A stretch of DNA of 64,000 bases, taken from Malacoraja senta. Taxonomy: Eukaryota. The stretch lies in assembly GCA_038087875.1 (NCBI GenBank), contig CM075997.1, positions 1 through 64,000 on the forward strand. Direction: 5' to 3'. Made by a program: the position numbers and the translations under genes. Below are positions 45,088 to 56,733 of the stretch, in pieces (position 1 is the stretch's first letter; every line of letters begins with the position of its first letter). The notes under the pieces were generated by a model. It did no database searches. It saw only the letters and a list, made by a program, of their open reading frames with translations, and had not been told where the DNA came from.

Positions 45088-46117
45088 TTCTGAATGCCTC
45101 GTCGGCCTTGTTTAGCTGCAGTAGAGTGCATTCTATTGCTGGAGTCTTGACGTCTAGTGGCAGGGCGGCATCTGTCTAAGATGGCAGCTTCTTCTGGCAC
45201 TGTCACAGTTTGATTGTTTACACATTACTCCAGGTACTTGAACTACAGGGTAATGAAGGCCAAGCTCCCAGAATAGCAGGAGGGCAGGAGGTGTGAGTGT
45301 TCAGTGTTTAATCCGCAAAGACAACAAGCTTTGTAAAGGAGCTTTGCATTCACCCACTCATCCAAAGGCTCTGGTTTCTCCTCTGCCCAAGGCAATCTTA
45401 TTACTTGAAGACAATTGTTCCATAGCCTTGACTGAAGAGTTTGCAGAAATGAATCACTTAGAGAGGTTTAGTGCCAAGTTACAAAATACACATAAAAATA
45501 CTTCCATTTTATAATAAGCTCCTAAGAGCTTAACAATTAGCGGCAAACTTGAAACAACTCGTCTGTGCCGACCCAGATTCCATATTAGATCATGTGATAG
45601 CAGAATTAGGCCATTCGGCCCATTAAGTATCCTCCACCATTCAATCGTGGCTGATTTATCTCTCCCTCCTAACCCCATAACCTCTGACACCCGTACTAAT
45701 TAAGAATCTATCTCTGCCTTAAATATATCCACTGACTTGGCCTCCACAACCTTCTGTGGCATCGTTGAGAAATGTCGAACTAGCCATGAGCCAATGGAGC
45801 AAGCTAGAGGGGCTGAATGGCCTACTGTCTGTCTTCATGCTCTGATTTGCCACAATACTGATAGACCACTGCACCTTGGTAAAAACAAAGCTCCAAATTG
45901 GCACTGCTGGACTGCAGTGAGATTGAGTCTGACTCCACGTTTTACCAACTCCATAATTAAAATATAGATAATGATCCATTCTTCATACTGCGACAAACTT
46001 ACACTTAAAATAAAAAATACACATTCATCAAAATGATAGAAATTTTATTACAAATGATACTAAACAGATGAAAGGTTGACATTGGGAAATTGACAGTCAA
46101 TAAACAAACACCAAGCC

Positions 46118-46123
46118 TTTATT
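46118..46123 (-). promoter_or_regulatory. SNRPD2: SNRPD2 polyadenylation signal (second AATAAA at 46044-46049)
   Basis: TTTATT on + lying ~55 nt past the stop codon. Confidence 0.75.
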
Positions 46124-46177
46124 TACCCCTATTTTTGCCCAACTCTATAAGTTACAAATCTCTCAGACACTGGCCAT

Positions 46178-46352
46178 TCATTTGCCCGTGATCAGCGGGT
46201 TCCTGAGCACGACGATCACAGAGTCCCCCCGAAGGAACATCTTGGAGATGTATCGGTCCTTGTTGACTGGTTTTGACTTCTTCTTGCCCTTCCCACTCTT
46301 GGGCACCTCGGTCCACATCTCCTTCACGTTTTCTAACACCATATTGCAATGT
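46178..46352 (-). CDS. SNRPD2: Small nuclear ribonucleoprotein Sm D2, exon 3
   Basis: tttcag| acceptor; (R)[57 protein letters not shown]. Confidence 0.98.
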
Positions 46353-47013
46353 CTGAAACGAAGATGGGGGACAAGCTGTCTTTTTCAGAAGAAAAACCTT
46401 TCCATGAGGCGTCAGGCTACTCACCAAATCAACAAACATTCAGGTCCGCTAGACAGATTTCAGGTTTCTTAACATTTCCTGCATCTGTTGAGAGAAGAGA
46501 GGAACCTAACACTGAAACCCCTGGTGTGTTGGAAGGAACTGCAGATGCTGGTTTAAAACCAAAGATAAGACACAAAAAGCTGGAGCAACTCAGCAGGTCA
46601 GGCAGCATCTATGGAGAGAAGGAATGGGTGATGTTTCGGGTCGTCTCGACCCGAAACGTCACCCATTCCTTCTCTCGATAGATGCTGCCTCGCCCGCTGA
46701 GTTACACCAGCATTTTGTGTCTACCTTCAATTTTATCCAGCATCTGCAGTTCTTTCTCACAGGGTTTTCTCTTCGTTGCCTCCAATTCTTTTGCCAATCA
46801 CCTGAAAGGATGTGCCCTTTGATTACTGACCCGTCAGTTTATTACAACTTGTCGAAATTCAGCTTCCCTTCCTGAAGACAGAGTGGGGCCTCTCTAACAT
46901 CAAATAGCCTTTGCCTTTTCCTCTCTCCATCCCCTCTCCCTTCCCAGTTCTACCACCAGTCTCACTGTCTCCAACTACATTCTATCTCTATCCTGCCCAC
47001 TCCCGACATCAGT

Positions 47014-47041
47014 CTGATGAAGGGTCTCGACCCGAAACGTC
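47014..47041 (+). ncRNA. Minimal type-I hammerhead-ribozyme-like core in a Penelope pseudo-LTR (representative copy)
   Basis: CUGAUGA-A-GGGUC(UC)GACCC-GAAAC-GUC. Helix I is only weakly supported, and activity is unknown. Confidence 0.55.
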
Positions 47042-47109
47042 GCCCATTCCTTCTCTGCAGAGATGCAGCCTGTCCCGCTGAGTTACTCCAGCATTTTGTG
47101 TTTACCCTA

Positions 47110-47385
47110 TTTAGTTCAGTTTAGTTTAGAGATACAGCGCAGAAACAGGCCCTTCGGTCCACTATCCTACACACACTAGGGACAATTTTTTTAATTTACC
47201 AAGCCAATTCATCTCCCAACCTGTACGTCTTTGGAGTGCGGGAAGAAACCGAAGATCTCGGCGAAAACCCATGCGGGTCACGGGGAGAACATACAAACTC
47301 CGTATAGTCAGCACCCGTAGTCAGGATCGAACCCAAGTCTCTGATGCTGCAAGGCAACAACTCTACCGCTGTGCCACCGTGCCAC
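47110..47385 (-). mobile_element. HE1-type V-SINE in SNRPD2 intron 2
   Basis: Reverse-complement head, V-domain and (CTAAA)n tail. Confidence 0.85.
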
Positions 47386-48789
47386 CCTAAAATCTATTAG
47401 AAAATAGAAAACAGGTGCAAGAGGAGGCCATTCGGCCCTTCGAGCCAGCACCGCACTCACTATTGCTTTAGATTTTTGTACGAAAGAAAAGTGCAAGCAC
47501 TAAGTAACAAATGGGTAAAACAATTCACGGGACAATTCTGTTCATACACTGACTGGGAAGATTACACTGACAATTTATTAACTTTTGCAGAAATTAAACC
47601 CATCAAACTGACTGCTCTAACTGAAGCACCCTTTCATCTTAAGGCAGTGTTGGAATGTGTCAAATTCCTTTTTATAAAAAGGACCCTAATTATTTCCATT
47701 ATTTAAAGTTATGCGTCAGAGTGTGCCCAGAGCAGCGAACCTGAAAGCAAGTGAGTGCTCTGGAAGGAGTTATGTGGAGTAGTATGCATTGCTTGCAGCA
47801 ACCACCCTGTTTTACACAGTCGGAGCAAGCTGCTGTAATGAAGGCTTATCACAACTGATGTGAGCTGTAACCTGATGTGGACAGCTCTCTCTGGAGGAGC
47901 AGGATCTGCACCACTAGTGAAGCCTACAGTTAAACTACAACACATCCTCTGCAGATGCGCGAAAAAGAAATGATACATATCACGTTTCACAATTTGACTG
48001 ATGAAACCAAGTTACTTAAGCTATGCTGACAAGCTATGTGCCAACAAGACTATGCATGCAAACTCTTGAAGCTGGAACATGCCTACCAACGACATCTCAA
48101 TGTGTAGGAAGGAACTGCAGATGCTGGTTTAAACCGAAGATAGACACGAAAAGCTGGAGTAACTCAGCGGGACAGGCAGCATCTCTGGAGAGAAGGAATG
48201 TGTGACGTTTCGGATCGAGACCCTTCTGAACAAGTGTCATCCATTCCTTCTCTCCAGAGATGCTGCTGGTCCCGCTGAGTTACTCCAGCTTTTTTGTGTC
48301 TGATGACATCTCACTATTTCTTTACGTTACATAAAAGGGCCACAGGTTTTGTCACGGGTCGGCTTTACAGGGCAAGATACTTGGAGTTCCGATGTGAAAC
48401 AAAAGATGACAGACAGTCTAGCAGACCACAGAAATGAATACATTGTCAGTGAGGGTAAGTGATGCAAATCCATTTGTTGTGCAGTCATTTCAGAAATGTC
48501 ACTGGACCAGAATGTTGTGTATTGGTAAATTAGATACAACCGCAGAATAAAACTCCCAGTAACAAAACAAGGTTCCCCCCCCCTCCCCCCCATTGTGAGA
48601 TAACAAAGCTGTGAATCATTCGAAAAAGGTACTGAATCATGCTGAATGGTATAGTTTAATTCAGTGCTCTGTGTTCAAGTGCACAAGTCTGTGTACCCAG
48701 GTAGAGAGGAGGAAACTGGTGGTGGAGGGGCTGCTGAAGCACCTGAAAGCCCATGCGGAGGATGGAGCTGCAGATGTTGGCTAAACCAG

Positions 48790-49090
48790 CGGGTGGCAGG
48801 GTGGTGCAGCGGGTAGAGCTGCTGCCTCACAGCGACACAGACCCGGGTTGCATCCCGACTACGGGTGCTGTCTGTACGGAGTTTGTACGTTCTCCCCGGG
48901 ACCTGGATGGGTTTTCTCCGGGTGCTCCGGTTTCCTCCCACACTCCAAAGACGTGCACGTTTGTAGGTTAATTGGCTTGGTGTAAATGTAAATTGTCCCT
49001 CGTGAGTGTAGGATAGTGTTAGTGTGCGGATGCGGGGGGGGGGGGGGGGGGGCCGAAGTGCCTGTTTCTGTGCTGTATCTCTAAACTATA
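48790..49090 (+). mobile_element. HE1-type V-SINE in SNRPD2 intron 2
   Basis: Head, V-domain and tail. Confidence 0.85.
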
Positions 49091-49602
49091 CAGACAAAAA
49101 TGCTGGAGTATCTCAGCGGGTCAGGTAGCAGAAAAATAGGCAATGTTTCCGGTCAAGACCCTTCTTCAGACTCATGTTTGACAAGGTCTGAGAAAACAAT
49201 TTGAGAGAGAGAGAGGGCCGATTGAGTAAGTGCCTTACCCGAGGCACATTTTGGTAATGTGATCTTCAGGTGACACTGTGTTAAATTAGGAATTCTAGTC
49301 AGTTCTAATGCTACCCCTGTGGCAATTAACTACTGTAGCTCAGAAAAAAATGTCAATGCCATCTTCCTGCCGCGCATATCTCAATCCTACATTATTTGGA
49401 GGTCAAAGAAGAACTATTATATAGCTCTCATTCCAGCAGATGTTATGGAGAAACTCAGATTCCAATCCACCTGGTTTTCTGGCAGAGATTAATGTTATCT
49501 TATAGCCCATGGCATAAAATATACACCTGAGAAAATACTACTCCTTTCACATGGCTTTTTTTTTGTGCAGGGAAGGAGAGCAAGTAATCAGAAAATTACT
49601 AC

Positions 49603-49781
49603 CTGTCGAAGGCCTTGACCCTGCCAAGCAGCTTCTTATTGTTGCGACAGTTAATAAGGACCTGCGTGTTATTTTTGACAGACTGTGTCAGGACGGAGAG
49701 GGGTCCTGTGTTAAACTCCTCCTCCTCTCTCTTCTGGAGCTCCTCGGGAGTCATCTCACTCTTGGGCTTGTTAGCAGACTC
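49603..49781 (-). CDS. SNRPD2: Sm D2 exon 2 (179 nt; one base short of the expected 180)
   Basis: cctag| acceptor and AG|gtagta donor. Reads SL(L)[56 protein letters not shown](R), with an apparent 1-nt deletion at ~49771 (CTAAC for CTAAAC). Confidence 0.95.
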
Positions 49782-49929
49782 CTAGGATAGAAAGAACAAA
49801 AATAGTTTGTGTGACAGGAAGGTAGACAAAAAAATGCTGGAGAAACTCAGCGGGTGAAGCAGCATCTACGGAGAGAAGGAATAGGCGACGCTTCGGGTGG
49901 AGACACTTCTTCAGACTGATGTCGGGGAT

Positions 49930-50415
49930 GACCTGCACCGTGAATGGTAGGATGTTACGGAATGATGTAGTGTAGAGGGATCTAGAGAACAGGTGCACAG
50001 TTCCCTGAAAGTGGCTTCACAAGTAGATAGTGTGGTGAAGAGGCTTTTGGTACACTGGCCTTATCCAGATGTGTAGGAAGGAATGCAGATGCTGTTTTAA
50101 ACCGAAAATAGACACAAAATGCTGGAGTAACTCAGCGTGTGCGGCAGCATCTATGGAACGAAGGAAATAGGCAACGTTTCGGGCCGAAACCCTTCTTCCG
50201 ACCCTTTTGGAGTATTGTGTTCAGTTTTTGGTCACTCTGCTATTGGATGGATGTCATCAAGCGGGAAAGAGTGCAGAGAAGATTTACGAGGTTGTTGCCA
50301 GGCCTCAACAGCCTACGCTATAGGAAGAGACTGGGCAAGCTAGAACTTTATTCCTTGGAGCGAGGGAGGTTAAGGGGTAATTTTATAGTGGTGTATAAAA
50401 TCATAAAGGAAACCT
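49930..50415 (+). mobile_element. CR1-clade fragment interrupted by a Penelope piece
   Basis: ..DVIKRERVQRRFTRLLPGL..YRKRLGKLELYSLERGRLRG. Confidence 0.75.
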
Positions 50416-50449
50416 CAACCAGAGATGGTTTGAGCAACAATATTAGCTG

Positions 50450-50727
50450 TGGCATTGTGGCAGAGTTGCTGCCTTACAGCGCCAGAGACCCGGGTTTGAT
50501 CCTCACAACGGATGCTGCCTGTACAGAGTTTGCTGTGACCGTGTGGGTTTTTCTCCAGGTGCTCCAGTTTCCTCCCACACTCCAAAGACGTACAGGTTTG
50601 TAGGTTAATTGGCTTCGGTAAAATTATAAATTGTCCCTAGTGTGTAAGACAGTGCCAGTGTGCGGGGTGATCGCTGGTTGGTGCGGACTCGGTGGGCCAA
50701 AGGGCCTGTTTCCACGCTGTATCTCTG
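50450..50727 (+). mobile_element. HE1-type V-SINE in SNRPD2 intron 1
   Basis: Head, V-domain and tail. Confidence 0.8.
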
Positions 50728-53340
50728 GTCAATATCAGCAACTAGACGGGCCTGTGTTAAAATACAAGTGAAAGCATGAGGTACATGAGCATCTGCAGAG
50801 TGCAATGCTGGGTGTTATATTCCAGCCATTGACACATTCAAACGCTCGAGGCTGTGCAGAAAAGAGTGTCAGGAAGGTAATCGTGGAGTTGTAATGAGCA
50901 ATGGCATGGATACGGTTCATCTAAATTAGGTTGTAAAAATTGGACAAGGGGCAGGTGTGACCTAGTAAAACACAAGATGCAAGACATACTCTTGGAAATA
51001 ATATTTGCAGTGAGAGCCATATGGTTTACAACAAGGAGAACTTTCAAATAAGATTTATAACTCAAAAAAATGTTTAAAAGCAAATTATGGAAATTCTTTG
51101 TAGGTGTCTCTGGGGGAAGAAAGAGAGTTAATAATGGAGGTCAGAGCTGTTTCTCTTTCGACAGTGGTGGCCTGACCTAAATATTCCCAACATTTTCAGT
51201 TTTTATTTAAGGTTTATAACTGTTTACATAGACAAGGCAAAGCAAATTGGAAGGATAACAGAGTGTGATGTGAGGCATAGAAACAGGCCCTTCTGTCCTG
51301 TATATCCACGCCAACCATCAACCTTCCATGTACACTAATCCTGCATTAATCCCATTTCCTTTCTCCCCGCATCCGTAACAACTGCCCTGAGATTCTGCCC
51401 GTCGTCTGTACGTCTGTACAAAGCCTCGTGGTCACAAGAGGAACTGTGCAAGCTCCTCACAGACAGCATTCAAAATCAGAAATGAACCTGGGTCTCAGGC
51501 ACTGCAAGGCAGCGGCTCTACCAGCTGTGCCACATTCTTCAGAGAAATAGAAATTTGCCCGTCCAAAATTCAAAATTGAACATACGGAATAAGATTAGCT
51601 CTCACAGAATTTATGTGAGAAAATATTAATAAATATACATATATTAACACCTCACCAAAAGTACACTGTTCCAGTGTGAATGAAAGATCCTCCAAGAAGG
51701 ATAGAAACATAGAAAAATAGGTGCAGGAGTAGGCCATTCAATATGATCATGGCTGATCATCTAAAATCAGTACCCCGTACCTGCTTTTCCCCCATATCCC
51801 TCGATTCCTTTAGCACCAAGTCTAACTAAAGGAATTTAGGACGGTATAAAATTGGGGGGAAAAGGCATGAATGTTCCTGAGATTAGAGGGAGGCCAAAGT
51901 ATTGAATATATTTTAGAATACTGCAGATGCTTAATTAAAATAATTTAAAACGGAGGAGAAGGAGTATTAGCAAATTAGCAAACAATACAAAATTTGAAAG
52001 TAGAAGCTTCTAGATATACGAAAAAGACAGATGTGGTAGATTTGCTGCCTTACAGCGCTTGCGGACTACAGCTGCTATCTGTACGGAGTTTGTACGTTCT
52101 CCCCGTGACCTGCGTGGGTTTAACCCAAGATCTTCGGTTTCCTCCCACACTACAAAGACGTACAGGTTTGTAGGCTAATTGTCCCCTATTGTGTGTAGGG
52201 ATAGTGTTAATGTGCGGGGATCGCTGATCGGCACGGTCGGTGGGCCGAAGGGCCTGTTTCCGCGCTGTATCTCTAAACTAAACTAGCAAACAGAACAGCA
52301 ATAAGGTGGTCATTTTCAGATTGGCATTCATTAACCAATCAAATGCCCCAGGGATCAATTCAGGGGCCTCACTTATTTGTAAAATAGATCAATAGTTTGG
52401 ATGAAGGGAATAAGTCCCTCCTTCAGCCAAATTTACAAATTTTATAAAACAGGCCAAAACAAAATTTACAACAACTTACAAAGATTATGCAAGTTGACAA
52501 GTTGTGAGAAAGTCACACAATAAGCCTTCCAGAGTAATTTCGTTAAATTAAATGAGTGGACATTGAATGTAAAGGGGAGAAGAAATGTGAGATTGTCCAC
52601 CATGGAAGGAAATATGAAAAGACAAAATTATTGGGCAACACGGTGGCGCAGCAGTAGAGTTGTTGCATTACAGCACTAGAGATCTCAGTTCAATCCTGAC
52701 TACAGTTGCTGTCTGTACATTTTGTACTTTTTTCCTCGTGACCGCATGGGTTTTCTCTGGAAACTTGGGATTGGTTTTCCTGGAACAAAATGTACAGCAG
52801 GAAGAGCTCAGGTAGTTAGAGTGGATGGAGGCTTTACGTTCAGATCATCGTCACCATACTCCCCTCTCCCATGGACAAAACGATCAACCAATCCATGTTT
52901 GGTTTCTCCAACAAGGGGTAACCATTGTGAACACCAAATGCTGCACAAAAGCAGGCTCGTTGTTCGACCAATATACCCCTAAAGTGAGAGATGTGAGAGT
53001 TAGACACCATGGAAGCAGGCCATTCGGCCCAACGGCATCCATGCCATCCAAGATTCCCCATCAAAGCAGTTCCATTTGCCCGTGCGATCCCTCTAAAGCT
53101 TGTACCTTGAGCCCACCACGTCCATGCCAACCAAGGTGCCCAGTTTGTACTGGTCCCAAATGGGCCCATATCCATCGAAATCATTCCTCCCCATGTATCC
53201 TCCTCACCCATCTCATCCAATGACAACTAAGGAGCTCCGTCTAAGACAGTCCCCGTTGCCCACATCCCTTTAAACCTCTCCTGTCCATGTTTACAGCCGC
53301 AATGAACGTCAGGGTGAGGACACTGGGTGGATGTGGACAC

Positions 53341-53623
53341 AAGTCAAGTCAAGTCAAGTGAGTTTATTGTCACGTGTCCCTGATAGGACAATGAAATTCT
53401 TGCTTTGCTTCAGCACAACAGAACATAGTAGGCATTGACTACAAAACAGATCAGTGTGTCCATATACCCATTATATAAATATATATACACACATGAATAA
53501 ATAAACTGATAAAGTGCAGATAACAGATAATGGTTATTAATAATCAGAGTTTTGTCCGAGCCAAGTTAATAGCCTGATGGCTGTGGGGAAGTAGCTATTC
53601 CTGAACCTGGTCGTTACAGTCTT
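53341..53623 (-). mobile_element. Rex1-type LINE 3' end with (ACTTG)n tail, inserted in a minisatellite
   Basis: Minus frame KTVTTRFRNSYFPTAIRLL, then AATAAA and a pentamer tail. Confidence 0.8.
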
Positions 53624-54218
53624 CTGGAGTTGGCCTCAATCCCTCAGGGTGAGGACACTGGGTAGATGTGGACACCTGGAGTTGGCCTCAATCCCTCAGG
53701 GTGAGGACACTGGGTAGATGTGGACACCTGGAGTTGGCCTCAATCCCTCAGGGGTGAGGACACTGGGTGGATGTGGACACCTGGAGTTGGCCTCAATCCC
53801 TCAGGGTGAGGACACTGGGTAGATGTGGACACCTGGGAGTTGGCCTCAATCCCTCAGGGTGAGGACACTGGGTGGATGTGGACACTGGAGTTGGCCTCAA
53901 TCCCTCAGGTGAGGACACTGGGTGGATGTGGACACCTGGAGTTGGCCTCAATCCCTCAGGGTGAGGACACTGGGTGGATGTGGACACCTGGAGTTGGCCT
54001 CAATCCCTCAGGGTGAGGACACTGGGTAGATGTGGACACCTGGAGTTGGCCTCAATCCCTCAGGGTGAGGACACTGGGTGGATGTGGGACACCTGGAGTT
54101 GGCCTCAATCCCTCAGGGTGAGGACACTGGGTAGATGTGGACACCTGGAGTTGGCCTCAATCCCTCAGGGTGAGACACTGGGTAGATGTGGACACCTGGA
54201 GTTGGCCTCAATCCTCAG
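53624..54218. repeat. 52-bp minisatellite, 11 full units plus a partial one (orphan part-unit at 53309-53340)
   Basis: Unit CTGGAGTTGGCCTCAATCCCTCAGGGTGAGGACACTGGGT(A/G)GATGTGGACAC; variants are mostly single-base indels in short runs. Confidence 0.95.
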
Positions 54219-54528
54219 CAATCTCCTACCGCCAAGGTTGGTCTCGGTCTCGGTTGTCGAGCGCGGGAGAGCCCGCAGGAGGGCGCCCGGAGCCTGGAGT
54301 CCACATCCCGGGCCCAGGCCCAAAACCCAGGCCGAGGTTCAGGAGCCGGCGCCGCGGCCTACACACTAGGCCCTCATCCATTCATTCATCCATCCATCCA
54401 TGAATGAATGCCGCCACGCCCGCCGGCCGGCCCGCCCTCCATCCCTCCCTCCCTGCTGTATACAGCCGCCGCCGCCACTAGGCCTCCCGGAGCCGCGCCC
54501 TTGCCCAGGCCCCGGGCCCCAGACTCAC

Positions 54529-54530
54529 AT
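54529..54530 (-). CDS. SNRPD2: Sm D2 exon 1 coding part (AT of the split start codon); 5'UTR extends to ~54597
   Basis: GAAAGCAT|GTGAGT donor within a CpG island; AT joins the first G of exon 2 to form ATG. Confidence 0.88.
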
Positions 54531-54584
54531 GCTTTCTCGCCGTCTCTCCGCCGCCGCTTCTAACCCGTAACCGCGCCTCGACCG

Positions 54585-54785
54585 CCGCCGGAAGAGATAG
54601 GCCACTTCCGTGCGCCGGGGGGGGCTGCTGGGAGTTGTAGTCTACCCGCGCCGCCGTTGCCCGGAAGCTAGCTCTACTTCCTGCGTGCGGGGCTGCTGGG
54701 AGTTGCAGTCCACACGCATCGCCGTTGCCGGAAGCGACGCTCCACTTCCTGCGCCGGGGGGATGGGGCTGCTGGGAATTGTAGTC
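54585..54785 (-). promoter_or_regulatory. SNRPD2: SNRPD2 CpG-island promoter: three tandem modules of paired ETS sites plus a ZNF143/THAP11-type motif
   Basis: CCGGAAG at 54588, 54661 and 54728, each followed by an inverted ACTTCC. GACT(A/G)CAA(C/T)TCCCAGCAGCCCC on minus at 54621-54642, 54689-54710 and 54764-54785. Confidence 0.85.
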
Positions 54786-56261
54786 CCTCAAACTCAAAGA
54801 GGTGCAGGTGTGTAGATTGGGGTCTGGGTTAAGACGTGGTCGTAGAGTTGGAGGGGGAGGAGGAAACACAGGTGTGGGGGCAGTGAGAGAGGAGGTTGCT
54901 AAACTATCTGTAGATGTATTGCTTGTATAAATTGCCCCTGATGTGTAGGATAGAACTAGTGTGTGGGTGCGCAGGTCAGCACGGACTTGGTGGGCCGAAG
55001 GGCCTGCTTCCAAGCTGTATCTCTAAACTAAACTAAAATAAAATAGTCCCAGGCTCTGCACCTTCTCATAACGCAAACCCTCCAATCCCAGCAACTTAGT
55101 CACCATTTTCAGCTTAATCTGCAGCTCACAAGCTCCACAAAGTCAAAGTCAATTTTATTCGTCACAGATACACCCGAAGGTGCAGTGAAATGAATTTGCC
55201 AGCAGCGATACACTTAAAAGAACATACAACACATGATAAGATTTAACACAAACATCCACCACAGCATTCATTCACTGTGGTGGAAGGCAACAAAGTTCAG
55301 GCAGTCCTCCTCCTTGTTTGCCCGTGGTCGGGGCCATGAACCCTCCGTAGTCGCTGATACGGACAGCCCGATGTACAGGCCTCTCGTTGGGATGATTGAA
55401 ACTCCGACGAGAGGGCCTGTATTTACTCTATTATATCTCAAACACCTCAACTAAAATCTCCCTAACCCTTTTCCACTGAAGTGCATCTGACAAAGTGTAT
55501 TTCCGTATTCCTGGCACCACTCTTCAGCACTTCCCTCTAAAATTCGGACACACTTCCTGAAGTCACTTGAAATGGGACAAAATACTTTATCCGAGGAACA
55601 GTCAGTGATTGATAAAGGTTAAACATAACTTGCTTAATGTGTGGGAGGGAACTTTAGATGCTGGTTTAAACCGAAGATAGACACAAAAAGCTGGAGTAGC
55701 TCAGCGGGACAGGCAGCATCTCTGGAGAGAAGGAATGGGTGACATTTCGGGTCGAGACCCTTCAGACCCGAAACGTCACTCATTCATTCTCCAGAGATGC
55801 TGCCTGTCCCGCTGAGTTACTCCAGCTTTTGTGTCTATCTAGGATTTAAACCAGCATCTGCAGTTCCTTCCTGCACATCTCAGGGAGCTTGCTGTGTGAG
55901 GGGGACTGTGCATGCAGCTCTCTCTCTTTCTCTCTCTCGTTCTATTGTGTGATCACTTTGTGGAATGGGTTATCACACACACACACACAAATAAAAGATA
56001 ATATCAGATAATTGTCTGTGCTCCAGACACAGGAGTGATCAGCATGGCCAAATCCAAGGTGGAGTCCCTCTCATTTGTGCCAGCATTGTATCAACATGCG
56101 TCTCGGTTCCAAGCCTCACCTTTGTTACTCGTTCTGCACAGATAGAGTTCTCCACTCTCTCCCCCCAGGAGGTGGATAGCACCAGGGTATAATTACACAC
56201 GCCCTCCAGCTGCACAGCACTCTTCACATTTATTCCTTTTGTGAGATATGAGCATCACCAG

Positions 56262-56730
56262 TACGTTCCCGGGATGGCGGGACTGACATATGATGAATGA
56301 ACGGGTCGACTGGGCTTGTATTTACTGGAATTTAGAAGGATGAGAGGGTATATTACAGAAACATAAAATTCTTAATGGGTTGGGCAGGCTGGATGCAGGA
56401 AACATGTTCCCCATGTTGGGGGAAGTCCAAAACCAGGGGTCACACAGTTGAAGAATAAGGGGTAGGCCATTTAGGACTGAGATGAGGAAAAACGTTTTCA
56501 CCCAGAGAGTTGTGAATCTGTGGAATTCTCTGCCACAGAAGGCAGTGGAGGCCAATTCACTGGATGTTTTCAAGAGAGAGTTAGATTTAGCTCTTAGGGC
56601 CAACTGAATCAAGGGATATGGGAGAAAGCAGGAACGGGGGTACTGATTGTGGATGATCCGCCATGATCATATTGACTGGCGGTGCTGGCTCGAAGGCTGA
56701 ATGGCCTACTCCTGCACCTATTGTCTATGT
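56262..56730 (+). mobile_element. CR1 LINE 3' fragment, tail-to-tail with the young CR1
   Basis: Same subfamily 3' end as 4417-4745. Confidence 0.85.
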
Positions 56731-56733
56731 TTG

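Noticed and set aside
46152..46439. 95-aa minus ORF in the supplied track
   Set aside because: Alternative frame over SNRPD2 exon 3; the real frame is [12 protein letters not shown]..
53624..54218. CRISPR-like regular array
   Set aside because: Units are contiguous 52-bp copies with no unique spacers, in a vertebrate intron with no cas genes: a minisatellite.
46178..54530. Calling SNRPD2 a pseudogene
   Set aside because: Introns, splice sites, promoter, poly(A) signal and protein sequence are intact apart from one missing base in a short A-run.
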